NCBI RefSeq assembly: GCF_036365525.1
Contig: NC_090395.1
Coordinates: 45,390,136-45,454,135, forward strand
Source: Heterodontus francisci
Taxonomy: Eukaryota
Direction: 5' to 3'
DNA: 64,000 nt
Shown: piece after piece, positions 39,891 through 52,480 of the stretch
How positions within the stretch are numbered: position 1 is the stretch's first letter
Layout of the letters: every line of letters begins with the position of its first letter
Translations under genes and position numbers: made by a program
Notes under the pieces: model-generated
Seen by the model: only the letters and a program-made list of their open reading frames with translations
What the model was told of the DNA's origin: nothing
Databases searched by the model: none

Positions 39891-40689
39891 CATATATATC
39901 TATGAGTGCATATCTAAAGTGATAAACTTTTCAAAACAATTCAGTGTCTGCTTCAGATAGGAAAAACAGCACAAAAATAAGAATTATTCAGTATCCGATA
40001 TCAGAATCTATTTTATTCATGAAGTAAATAATTGATTTTTGGCCTAAGGGAGGTTTATATTATCTATTTTAGTAAACTGCAGATTTTGAGAGGACTGGCA
40101 TATTAACCAGTGTTTTTGCGACATAAAGCCTTATCTTTATAGTTGACTGGTAGAGCTGGTATATTTATTTTGTTTTTTTTAAAAAATGTAATCACCTTTC
40201 CTAAATTTGTTATCTCGTACCAATCCTCAGAAATAAAGGTGGTAGGAAATCTGATTCTTGTCCTCTGTTAAGGCTGTTCCTCAGTTGATCTCTAGGAGAT
40301 GCGAGAGTGTGGACCAGGATGAATTGTGGATTTGTCTTTCCTGTGGGAGGTGATGGCACTCACTTGTCATCTTTCACAAACTTGCAACTTAACTGGTATG
40401 CAGTATTGCTAGTAGGAAAATGTTCCACTTTTTAGCACTGCCATCCTTCACTTTTACACTCATTTAAATTCGCCAAGAAAAAATAAATTTAAAAAATAGT
40501 TGTTAAGACTAGAACAATTAAAACTAATCTGCTGCATTCTCCTTTCCTGCCTTTCAACTGTTTTTTTTTCCTTAAACATTCTCTCCATCTTCACATTGAT
40601 TGTAAAATTTTAAAGCATAGACAGAAAGACAGTTTAAACACTGTTATGTCATTTGCTACATGCTTGCTCCCAACTGAATGCCAACCCAA

Positions 40690-41260
40690 TAACGCATTGC
40701 TTTTATAAAGTGCTTTTAATATAGAAAAATGTCCCATGCCTCGTGGATTCATAATCAGATGTTGAACCAAAGAAGGAAATATTAAGTGCTGTAATTTGGT
40801 CAAAGAAGTGGGTTTTAAGGAGAACCTTAAGGAGAAGATGGAAGTGGAGAGGCAGGGGGAATTAGGCAAAGAATTCCAGAGTGCGAGGCCTGGATGACCA
40901 GAAAGAAGCATGAAATCATTGGTGAGAGTATGGATCTTGCAGAGGGAGCCAAAGATGATGGCTAACACTGTTCTAAACTTGGGCTTCTGTCTTCCCAGTA
41001 TTTGACTGGAGGACATTACAGCTCATCCAAGATTGAATATTGGATAAACAGTCCAACAACACAGGGGACATGTAAGGATTGAGAGAGAAGGTGGAAAAAC
41101 AGGGCTGGGTGGCTTCATGTACATCTGGAGGCAGATCTCATGTCTTTGATGATATCACCAAATAAACAGCATGCAAATGAGGAAGAGTAGGAGGAAAAGG
41201 ATGATTATTTGATGGACTCCAAGGTAATGGTGCAGGGGTGGGAAGAGAACCCAGTTCTTT
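40690..41260 (-). mobile_element. Decayed L2 remnant
   Basis: LWNSLP motif and an L2-like 3' end (gcattgcttttataaagtgcttttaat). Confidence 0.55.
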
Positions 41261-41714
41261 TTAGAGATACTCAATTCAGACATAGCTGTGTGACATTCAA
41301 AGTTTTAGAGAATTTCTACCCAAATTACATTCTATAATTCTGCACGAGACACTTGAGAGGGTGGTACAATTATTCAAAAAGTCATCATGCACTTAATGCT
41401 GGAAATTAATGGAATAAAAAATCTTTACTTGGATATATTTTGTGTTAATGGTTGATTTGCCATTGTGCAAAATGGAACTGCAGTTAATGTGAATAACTGA
41501 GTTGCAGAGCAGTGCACAGTCTAGGGGTGAAGGAATCGTATTAGTTAAATTTACCGGAGGTTGGAAGCATAACTTACTGAAAGAAAGACCATTTAAAAAG
41601 GTTTACTTTTTACTAAAAGTATTCTCTCATCTATATTAGAAAATAAAAGTTCATAAAAACTACCTTTGAAACATAGAATCTCTGTCTGGAGCCCAGTTAT
41701 AAACAGCCTTAAAC

Positions 41715-42695
41715 GTTGGGAAGAGCAAAATCATTACCTTTGGGCCCTGCCACAAACTTAGTTCTCTCACCACCAATTCTATTCCCCTCGCTGGCCATCA
41801 TCTCATGATAAACCACACTATTTGAAACCTTGGTGTCCTACTTGACCATGAGTTGAGCTTCTGAGCCCAATTCCTCTCCATCACAAAGACCGCCTACATC
41901 CACCACCGTAACATCTTCCGTCGCCACCCCTGGCTCAGTTTTTGTTAGCTCCAGAATCAACCATTCCAATTCTCTCTTGGCTGCCCTCCCATCCTCTGCC
42001 CTGCATAAACTTGAATTCTTCCAATATTTTGCTGCCCATATCCTAATCTGCACGGCAACTGCCATTTAGCTCAGTTGGCTAGATAGCTAGCGATTGGTTT
42101 AGAAGAATATCAACAGCATTGTTTCAATTCCTGTTCTGGTCTGAGGAAGGCAACAGGAAACAACCTCATTACCCTCTTCCCTCGTCATGCTCATCTCTCC
42201 TGCGTGGAGAAAATGAACAGATGATCTGCCCTTGGGTAGACCACTATGACAGCATCCTAAACTGCACCAACATCTGTTTACCCATCACCACAGTTCTGAC
42301 CTAAATTGGTTTTCTGTTGACCAACACCACCATTTTAAAATTCTTATTCTTGCTTTAAGTGGCCTCATCCCTCCCTATCTCTATAAACTCCCCACGCCCA
42401 TCCAGCTCTACAACTTCCAAGAACTTTGCCTTCCTCCAGATTTGGTTTCTTGTACAGCCCTCACTCCCTTTACACCATCATTTTCAGCTGTCCTTTGACC
42501 TCTTTTCTCCAACTTTATTTCTTATTTTAAGAACCTCCCGAAAAATCTACCTCTTGGACCAAGCTTTTAGTCACACCCAATCACCCACCGCCCCCCAAAT
42601 ATCTCCTACTTTGGCTCAATTGTCTGCCTGATTGGACTCTTGTGAAATGCCTTGTGATATTCTCCTGTGTGAAAGATGTTATAAAAAGATGTGGT
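41715..42695 (+). mobile_element. Decayed L2 3' part with a nested tRNA-SINE fragment (about 42065-42265)
   Basis: aaaccttggtgtcctacttgac...ccatcacaaagaccgcctac... is L2-like. The nested piece is tagctcagttggctaga...gtttcaattcc. Confidence 0.6.
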
Positions 42696-43038
42696 TGTTG
42701 CCTGATCCTGAGGGTTGGGCAGCTCTGGATCAGCTACCAGGCTGGTCCTGTGATGTCACCTTTGGAAGACTCCCTGCGTGTGAGGTCATACAGCAGTCTC
42801 ACTGCAGGAGACAGCTTAACCTGAAGTGGGTCTCTTCAGATAAAGATACAGGGAGTTATTTTGGCAAAAGAATGAAACAGGCACGAAATGGGTGCTGTGC
42901 TAATAAGGCACCTATTTGAAAGTCTGGTTTTTGCACACAAATTTGGTCCTAGTTACTGATTATCATAATTTGAAATTACCTGAAGATGCTAAAACAGACA
43001 CCTGAAAGTTTAGCACTCATGTGCTGATTAGACACAAT

Positions 43039-43740
43039 GACCAGAATTTTACACCACCCCAGCGAGCTAGATGGTGAGGGTGTGGCGTAAAATTGAGTGG
43101 GAGGCTCTGGGAGGCCTTCCTGACCTGCTCCCGCCTCCGCCCCATTTTACGTAGGGGCGGGGGGGGGGGGGGGGGGCGAAAAACGGGCTGCCGGCCCCAG
43201 ACCAATCAAGGCCCTCAAGTGGCCTTCGCCTGTCTCCACGAGGATTTTACCTTTGTCAAGCAGGCGTCCTGGAGGCGTGAAAGGCTGCGCGGTGAAACCG
43301 GGCGGCCTCTCAGTGCACCGAGGGGGTGGGGGGTGCCTGACAATCGGGCACAGGGTGCCCGATTGAGGGCCGTCCCCACTTCCCCAACCACCCCTAGGAC
43401 CCAAGACGTCCCCCTTCTCCCCAAACGGCCACCCTTGCCTCGCTGAGGCCCGGCCAATTACACCCAGTGAGGCAAACCAAACATACCTCCACTCCTGGCT
43501 CCATGTCCTCGGCTGAGCTGCGGTCGCAGTAGTGGCCATCGCTCCCGGTGGTGCTGCTGGGACTAAGAGCTGCCGGCCTGATGATTGGCTGGCAGCTCAT
43601 TGAGGTGGGGCTTCCTCCCTCAAGCGGGTGGAAGTCCCGCCTCAGAACAGTTAAAGCCCGGGGACCCGTAAAATGCGGGACGGATCCCTGGGCTAGGTGG
43701 AAAAGAGCTCGCCGCCAACTTTTACGTCGGTGGCCAGCCC
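43039..43740 (+). mobile_element. Harbinger-type MITE family A with a subterminal deletion
   Basis: Colinear with 31149-31887. Left end gaccagaattttac, right end ggccagccc. Flanks aat / aac. Confidence 0.85.
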
Positions 43741-44487
43741 AACATGAGGCAGTATATGTGGGCTCCACCCAGCCACTGAAGGTGTGGAGTGTGCTGGCTA
43801 ACACACAGCAGGTTTCAGGATGGCTCAGGGACTGAGTGAGAGGGTGCACAGGTTCTTAGAGGAGGTCCAGAGGAGAAGGAGGGATATCCTTTACCTGCAG
43901 AGGGAAGGAGTCCACCTCACACTCCTGTCCCTCTCCCCTGCAGCAGATGGAGCTGTTCTGCCTGGTCCCATGCCCCCCTCCCATTCCTCCGGCAGAACAA
44001 GGGGGAACTCTCGCAAGATGCCCATGACCAAGCACTCCCTTTCTCCTAGTGACTCCCATATGGCATCTCATAAGGGACAGAGTGCAGCGCAGTTCAAGTG
44101 CTGTCAACTAAAATGCTGTGCAATCTCCTTAATGAGCACCAGCAGGCAATTCAAGTGGCAATCAACTCCTTAATGATTATTCAGGCAGCCATTCTTAGGC
44201 AAGCTTCAATTCCTTTACCAAGATGGCATCTTACATTAAAAGCAGATCAAATTGGCATTGCAGCTGAGACCCATCTTAGGCACCTCGAAGGCTTTTTAGT
44301 GCCTAAATTATTGAGAGAGAATAGCCTTCACAATTTTTAAAAATAAATGTCAAGGCTAATTTTCTGAAGTTTTTTTTAAACATAAAATCAAGGAATATTT
44401 TGACTAAAAAGTGGTTCCTCTAGATTTTGCTCCCTAGTCAACATTGGGAAAAATTAAAGCAATTTTAGAATAATAATGTTAAGAATA

Positions 44488-44807
44488 AGGGGTGACGCAG
44501 TGGTTAGCATCGCAGCTTCACAGCTCCAGGGACCCGGGTTCGATTCTGGGTACTGCCTGTGCGGAGTTTGCAAGTTCTCCCTGTGTCTGCGTGGGTTTTC
44601 TCCGGGTGCTCCGGTTTCCTCCCACATCCAAAGACTTGCAGATGATAGGTAAATTGGCTGTTATAAATTGCCCATAGTGTAGGTAGGTGATAAGGAGTAT
44701 GGGATTACTGTAGGGTTAGTATAAATGGGTGGTTGTTGGTCGGCACAGACTCGGTGGGCCGAAGGGCCTGTTTCAGTGCTGTATCTCTAAATAAAAATAA
44801 AAATAAA
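44488..44807 (+). mobile_element. HE1-like V-SINE, short variant
   Basis: Head, V-domain and tail present. Lacks about 30 bp of the purine-rich internal segment. Confidence 0.9.
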
Positions 44808-46892
44808 TGTGCAGTATGAAGTAGTAGTTCAGTGTTAGTGTCCTGTGAGCATTCCCACAACCTCCACTGGGAGTTAAGATAAATAAATCTCTCCAGAAAA
44901 AAATAAATTAATGTCACCCAGTGAAATAAATGTATCCATCCATCAGGTTAAATATATCTCTACACATCCCCATCATCTGAGATGAAGGAACGTCTGTCTG
45001 CCTTTCAATCAGGTAAAATAAATCTTGTCATTTCTTAAGTACTTAAAAAAAACTGTCTCCACACCAGATAAAATTGATAAATCTCTGTCCCCAAATTGGC
45101 TAAAATAAGAACTCTCCACCATCCCTATGCAGGTAAATTAAAGAAATCTTTCTTCATCCCCATTGAAATAAGTGAGTACAAATTCAAGAATGAAAATTAT
45201 ATTATTTGGAAATAAGCTCTCTTTTTTTTTAATCAGCGAGATGTGAAAACCCATCACTATTCTTAAAGGCGAACCAAGCTACTGAGAAATCCATCCCACC
45301 AATTTCTGTTTCCCTGGTTTGGAATGCACATTCGTTCTCCATAGGGACACGCCTCTAATTCCATAGCACTTAAACACAATGTTAGCAACCACCAAGGTTT
45401 GAGGATCCTCAAGTGTGTTTAGGGAACTCCTGAAGTTTAACCAACTAAACCACAAACTGGCAATGGCAGGATAAATTGCTAGTCCAGCTAGGATCAGCCA
45501 ACTAAATTTGGACATTGGGTTGCAGCACTTACTGGAGCCATTTGGAAAGAATTTGAAGCTGCAAATCTTTGGTCTTTACATAATTCCTGGTTTTTATTCT
45601 TAAACTGGTAGTGCCATTAACCTAACACGTGATCATGACAACTGAGGTAACAAAAGGACTATAGAGTCAGTATGTTCCACAGAACCTCAGCAGATCTGCA
45701 GACTGTGGTAGCCATCATGTTAATGGTCAACATTTTGGGATGGGGCATTGGTGACATGACTATAGAAATTATTTTTTTTTAATTCAAAAACTTAGGCAAT
45801 GTATGGGTAAGCATCATCCCTTGAAAGTTGTTTCGACATTTTTTTTAAGTACCTTCATTTCCATGGCTCCTTTGTGAAGCTTTGTACAGAGCCCATTGCT
45901 GCAACAATGTGTGGAAGGTATAAAATTGGCTTGACACAAGGCAGGAGAAACTTCATCATCACATTCATACAGAAACACTAGGGCCAATGTGACTGCCTCT
46001 TTAAAAATCAATTAGGCCCAGGTTTTATGTTTACATATGTATATTTTTTAGATTTGTTTGCAAAGATAATGACATTTTAGATGTTAACTTAAGATTGATT
46101 AAGATAACTTAATATAAATAGTAGAATGTGAATTAGAGTCAGAAATAAGGTTTTCTTTAGATCCACCATAGATCTATACAATGAAGAAAATCACTGGCCC
46201 CTGTAATAAATAATTTTTCAAGAGACTAAGACATGACATCAACAATAAATCCTAATCTCTCTTCCTTTGGCTTGGAAATCAATTTCTTTCATGCCTGGAT
46301 ATTTTTTGTATCTTAAATGGACTATATAAATACAATTTATTGTTGCTATTCTAGTCAAGAGGGAAATAGGCATAGACTGAAGTGCTTAAAATATAAAAAG
46401 TGCAAGTAAACTATAGCAACAAGGCTAATTCAAAGATTTGAAAACTCCCTCTATCTGTCCAAATACTAATTTTGAGAGTCCAGGAAAGATGTGGCCAGTA
46501 GCCCATCTATTTTTTGTTCTGAATAATTCAAGACATTATGGTGATGTGATTGGTTGGATGTGTTGTCAATCTCTCTTGTTCCAATTTTGTTTCTTCCTCT
46601 GTTGGAGAAACAAAATTGCCATTGATTTACATTTCCTTGATTGGATAAGAAGCCATGAAAATACAGGTAATGAAGATGGAAAGCAATTGGAACAAGGCCA
46701 ACTAGTCAATGGAAATAGTAACAAACTCCAAAACACATGAGGGGAACTAATGTCTGTGTGTTAACAAATAGCTTAAACTGATTTGAAAAGTAAAACCAGC
46801 CCAAACATATATGGATGCTTTGTAATACTCACTCATGAGTGATAATTATTACTGTTTATTTAAGGTGGTGAAACAATAATTCCATATACAAT

Positions 46893-47200
46893 AAAGACTT
46901 GCATTTACATGGAGCCTTTCATGACCTCAGAATGTCTCAAAATGCTTTACAGCCAGTCAGCTTTTTAAAAGTTAGTCACTGTTGTATGTCAGAAATGTGG
47001 CAGCCAATTTTCCCACAGCAAGATCCCACAAACAGCATTGTAATAATGATCAGTTAATTTGTTTTAATTATGTTGATTGAGGGATAAATATTGATCAGGA
47101 CACCGGGAGCACTCTCCTGCGTCAGCCTGGATTTTGGCATCTCCAGAGCAAGATTTGAATTCACGACTTTCTGATCCAGAGGCAAGTGTGCTGCCAATCA
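46893..47200 (-). mobile_element. Deu-domain SINE
   Basis: gacttgcattta...gctttacagcca...gtcactgttgta...ggcagccaatt...gttgattgagggataaatattg..caggacacc, then a tRNA-like head remnant. Confidence 0.8.
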
Positions 47201-48183
47201 TGGCTGGTATCATGTCACACAGCGTAAAATTGAAACCTGTGAATTAATCACTAGCTCTTTATAAAATTGGAACCTTAAAACCTGTAGGTTTAGCTGTATT
47301 ATCTCTACTTAATGTCCTACTGGTCAATGACAATGATGGCTGAGGTCCTGATAAGGAGGTGAATGTAGAAACTATCCCGAGCATATTCTTTCAATGTGGT
47401 CCCTACTGTCTCATCTGTATCATTTCTTTCACATGGAAACAAGGACCAAAATGAATCAACCCTGGCAGACAGAGATAACCTCTGGATAAAAAGATGCTGG
47501 TATACTGCAAATGAACAGCAAGCAATTTAAAATGACAATGGATATGATAGAGGCAGGTCCGTTGAGTATTTATTACAGGAGGACTGCAAAGATTTATGAG
47601 CTCTGCCTCCTTTGATGGCCTTTCAGAGCATAAGGAGCAATCCAATAGCAATGTCTACATCTTCAAGGCAATCTATCTTTTCAGGCATTCTAAGCATCAC
47701 AGCACAGTCCTAGAGAGCTCTCATTTTTCAGTGTGCATGTAAAGGCCATGCATAATGTGATACAATTATAATCTGCTTGCTTCTTTTACTATACGTTTGT
47801 AGAGGTATAATTTTAGTATGAAAATGAAGTACCATATGGAGAATAGACAGATTTGCCATCACCCCTTGCTTGGCCCAGTCCCAAGGGAGAAAAATATCAG
47901 CTGTTACATTATGAGCCTCTTCTGTCCATTTCTCTATTTGGCCCACACCATGTGCACCCTTGTGTTTGTCATGCCTAATTTTCTCAGCCAAGTGGAGTAT
48001 GGAGGAGAACTGTGTCCTTGCAAAATGCCCCAGGCAATTCAACTTCCTTGTGTTTCTTTCTCCATCTATTTTTCATTGAAATAACTTAATTTGCATTGCC
48101 ATTACTTCCTACAGTTAACAATTCCCAACATGAGTAAAACAGCAGTGAAGACAGCCTAACTCAGCAGATTTTCCAACAATTGC

Positions 48184-48440
48184 TTTCCATTAGGCACTCT
48201 ATAACCTTCCAGACTCAACATTGAGTTCAACAATTTCAGACCGTAATTTCTGCTCCCAGTTTGTTTCCTTTATCTTTGCAGGTTTTGATTTTAGTCTCAT
48301 TTTCTAATGGTTTTTGCTTTCGGAGAACAGCTGTTCCTCAGTCTGCCATTCACAGCTCCTCTAGACACATCTTTTGTTTCTTCATTAGTCCCATTATCAT
48401 TCCCTTTGGCCCTGCACCACCAACTCTTTTGCTGTGCAAA
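48184..48440 (+). mobile_element. Penelope-like element fragment: GIY-YIG endonuclease C-terminus and adjoining 3' region
   Basis: 48184-48246 reads FPLGTL*PSRLNIEFNNFRP*, resembling the LGTLxPxGLN ending of Penelope ORFs. A pyrimidine-rich 3' region follows. Confidence 0.65.
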
Positions 48441-49027
48441 TACAAGCATTGCTTTCTTATTTAATTACCAGATGTGTTTATTTTAAAATTCAGATCCATG
48501 ATTTTTAGCTTCTCTTTTTGCAGAGGCATTACACAAACTGTGCTGCTACATCACTGAACCTATCATCAATTGCATCAGTCAAGTGGCACTTTAACTACTT
48601 GAGATGGATGGAATTAGCATTATTATAGATGTGTTGTGATTGGCCAGCATTTGTATTTAGTGCTAATGAAGTGACAGGATTGATACCTATTAAAACCGAC
48701 AAAGAAAGGGTAATTAACTATTTCTCTATAAAGAATAAGAATAACATGTGACATTTTCTTTGTACTATTTGTTGTATAAGGATAACTCAAAGCATTTTTT
48801 AAATTAAAAATTGGTGGATGGCAAGCAGGAGGGGAAAAAGGAGAAAAGAGAGAGCGATGGTCTAGGAGGCCAAAGGCACAGTTGAAATGAAGGGTTTTGA
48901 GGAGGACTTTGAAAGCAGAGAGGGAAGTTGTCAGTCTGAGGGAACTAGAGAAGGAGTCCTGGAAGGTAGAGTACAACAGAGGATGTAGGAGGAATAGCCT
49001 GGTGTTGGAGGAGCAGTTTGACCCTGT

Positions 49028-49952
49028 GAACATTACATATGAAACAGGAACAGGAGTAAACTACATGGCCCCTTGCGCCTGCTCCACCATTCAGTATGAT
49101 CATGGCTGCTCTTCTACCTCAACTCCACTTTCCTGTCCACTCCCCATATCCTTTGGTTCCCTGAGAGAGCAGGGGCCAGATTTTCAAAGAATCGTGGAGT
49201 TGGGACCTATTGCACCATTTCAAAACTGTGGTCCCAGAAATTGCCTCAGGATCCTGAATCCTCCAAGACAGTTTTGAATTTTCAAAGTGCTGGCAGGGGA
49301 AGGGAATGGGGAATACACACACCACCAATTAATGATCCATTAAGCTCCTTTAGGAGCTTGTGAAGGGGTTAGGGAATTCGGGAAGGCAATTTTTAAAACA
49401 GATTTCAGTGATCATGACCAGTCTGGTGCTCGTTAGTGCACAGCTGTCAGGGTCGCCACAGGGCAAAAGCAAGTGTGTTTCCATGTGTGGTGAGATTAAA
49501 TTTAAGGGGGCCAACTAGCACTGGTCAAACGCTGCACCTCCACTTGGCGTGCATGGCTACTTCCCGCCATTGTTACTGACCTGGCGCTTTCATGAGCTGC
49601 CTACTCTGGACAGCAAGGCAGCTGCTGCCTGCCTTTGCTGCTGGCACCAGGCATGCAGTTCCTGCCTCCTGGGGGTGCTCGGCACCTCTAACTGGGGGCT
49701 GAGCATGCCTCTTGCCCAATTAGGGCATTAGCATTCAAAGATTTCGTCACAAGAGCAACACAGCTGAAGTGTGGGTTTGGGACCTGGAATTCATCAGGGT
49801 GTCGGGTTCCCAATCCCACTTTGAAAATCTAGCCCCAGAAATCTGTCTATCTGAATATACTTAACGAAAGAGCATCTACAACCCTACAGGTTAGCAAATT
49901 CCAAACATTCACAACCTTCTGAGTGAAGAATTCTCTCCGCATCTCAATCCTT
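49028..49952 (-). mobile_element. CR1 3' tail split by a MITE, within an older L2-like remnant (about 48870-50330)
   Basis: caggagta...cctgctccaccattcagtatgatcatggctg...ccccatatcc [insert] aaatctgtctatct...aattccaaacattcacaacc..gagtgaagaa. Confidence 0.7.
49173..49835. mobile_element. Harbinger-type MITE (family C) with a CAG TSD
   Basis: TIRs gggccagattttcaaag / ctttgaaaatctagccc (16/17 match). CAG is duplicated at 49170-49172 and 49836-49838. Confidence 0.88.
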
Positions 49953-51736
49953 AAAAAATGTCCTAAAAGTGAAGACTTGAGGCTGAAGGAAATCACTAAA
50001 GTGGAGTAGGATGAGGTCACGGAGGGACTGAAAATTTTGGACTCAACTCACTGAGGCATGGGGAACCACTGGAGTTTCCAGAGATTTGGTGATAGCTGAG
50101 TGGGTGTGCCATTTTGAATGAGTTGTAAATTTTTGATTACTGCAACCCACTTGGAGAGCACTAGAGAAATTCAGCCTTGGGGTATTGAAGGCTTGGACTG
50201 GGTAGTGGGGAGAAGTAGAGGTATTAGAGCTGATAATATTGCAGAGGTGGAAGAATGCTGTACTGATAACAGTGCAGATTGGAGAAGAAGCTGAACCTGT
50301 GGTTGAGCAGTATGCTGAAGTTTTTTTTGTGCCGGCAAATGGGGGTTTCTTAGTGCATCAGTGAGGAAAATTAGCCTTATAGAATTTATAATCTGTATTT
50401 ATGTATAGAATTCAAGTGCGGGATTAAAAAAAAGTGGTTTGTATCGGTAAGTTATGAAAGAAATGGATAATGAATTGGAAGATGTTAGGTTGTCTCATTG
50501 ACATTATTTTAAGAAATATCCTCCTGCTCCTTGCTGATAGAGTAGGTGAATCAGTCTTACAGTTACTAATGACAGATCGTTTAAGGACACAACACAGAAA
50601 CAAATGCCCAATTATTCCATTTTCCTCTCATACACAAGTTTTAAGTTCAAACTGTAATTCATTTTAAAAGAGACAGGTTTGACCAAGACTATTGTGCCTC
50701 CAATTGCAGATTATGAATAACCAGTGCCATGGAGGATCGAACTGTCTTCACAACGCCTGAGCAATTACCACACAGTGAAGATATTGTGAAAACAGATACA
50801 GGGTAGGAAATATATTTACCATTGAAGCTGCACTGTGCAATTTTTCAATACAATTAATAAAAATGGTTCAGCTAAATTACCTTTATATTACCTAACCACT
50901 CACAAACATAAATAAGCAAGTTGAATAGAAATTATTGGTAATTTTTTGGATACCCTTCAGCATTGTCAGATATCGTAAAACATCAGTGGATTACAGATTG
51001 CAGGATACCCCTGAATTCTAGGATAAAGAGAACCCTAAAACTTGAAATGAAACTGTCAATGTATACTAATGCTGTGTTAAAATGTTTTTGTAATTCATTT
51101 TATGTCACCTGCAATCTATGTGATATTATTTCTGAATTCATATCAAGCCATAATAAACATCACACTCTACAGAATTCAGCACAAAGATAAATATTGCTTA
51201 TCTACTATAGAGGCACTTTCTACAAGTAATAAGTATCAATTCACATTTGTTTTACATTTCTGAATTGATACTTAAAGCTGAACCGATGTTAGCAGTATCT
51301 AAAGTGAATAACAATGATCAGATGTTGAGGATATTCAAGTTGGGACAATTTTGTTGAATTAAATCGAGATACATTTCCAACACGGTGCTTCTGTTGGGAG
51401 TCTCACTAGTTGACAGCACATACCAGAAATTCTGGCACACTCTATGTATTTCAATTTTCTGACCATTTGAATGAATGATCAGAAAATTATCTAGTGTTTC
51501 TTTTACCTGCTCCCGGAAGTGTAAAGTAGCAAAATTACTCCGAATGACTTGTTTTTAGGCTTTGTGCTTAAAAAGGCAAGAGGTAAGATTGCTAGTCAAT
51601 GCTGGTCTGTTTTGAGTTTGGCTCCCAACAACAAATTCTGTTGATACATTCCCAGCTGAGCTTTAGAAATACAAACAGTTCTACAGAACCAGTCCGACCT
51701 ATTTTCCACACTTTCCATTTTGTGATCCTTTGCTAT

Positions 51737-52480
51737 GGGGTGACTTTTACCGACCCCCCGAAAATGCCTCCAGGAGAGGCCCACCACGGGCCTGGACACC
51801 AGGAAGGCCCCACCCCATATTACTGGCGGTGCCAAGGCCTCATGGCGGCACCCCTCACCGCTCGGCGATGGAAGCAGTATTTAAATATGTTAATCAATTA
51901 ATTAATGGCCTACCTGCTCCCATCAGCTATCCCGCTGTCTTATTCCATCTGGTTGCCCATATTCTTGCCTCTTCGGATCTCCGACCAGAGATCCAATGCC
52001 AGACACTGAGGGGGAGGGGGAGGGGGAGGAGGTACCTTTTCAGGGTGGAAGACGGTGGGGGGGGGGGGGGCGTGCACAGGGAGCAGGATGAAACTATTCT
52101 GATTGGTCTAGGGGGTGGTGGGAAGGTTCAAAGTTTATAAACTTTGGTGGGGGAGAGGTCAGGACCGAAAAATAATTTTCTTTTGCGGGGGTGCGAGGGC
52201 AAGTAATCATTTGTTTTTTTCATTGTCGGGGTAGGAGAGGGTATCGAAACAGTTATTAAGTTTTTCATTTTTAATTCACACTCCTTATAACTTTAAAAAT
52301 TTTAATGAATTGGAAGGGCTTGAAACCCTTTAAAAATGGTACCGGCACCTGCACGGTGGCAGTGGACGCCATTGCTGGGGATGGAGTGCCCGCCCCCTCC
52401 CACATCATCGGGGTGGGGGATTGGCAGTCCACCCCAGCTATGTAAATAAGCCACCATGCTAAACATCGCGGAAGCTCCGC
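51737..52480 (+). mobile_element. Harbinger-type MITE family B, right end lost at a CR1 junction
   Basis: Left terminus ggggtgacttttacc. Homologous to the reverse complement of 34658-35417. Confidence 0.75.

Noticed and set aside
43093-43849. Overlapping 80-150-aa ORFs in GC-rich blocks (also 19896-20390, 25881-26303, 31212-31911, 51730-52140)
   Set aside because: They fall inside TIR-bounded MITEs. High GC suppresses stop codons, and the frames are not conserved between copies.
44875-45175. Possible CRISPR-like repeat-spacer array
   Set aside because: The repeats are degenerate and irregularly spaced, the context is vertebrate, and there are no cas genes.
45814-46011. 65-aa Cys-containing minus-strand ORF as a possible extra exon
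   Set aside because: No recognisable homology to mGluR or any other family, and no convincing splice signals.
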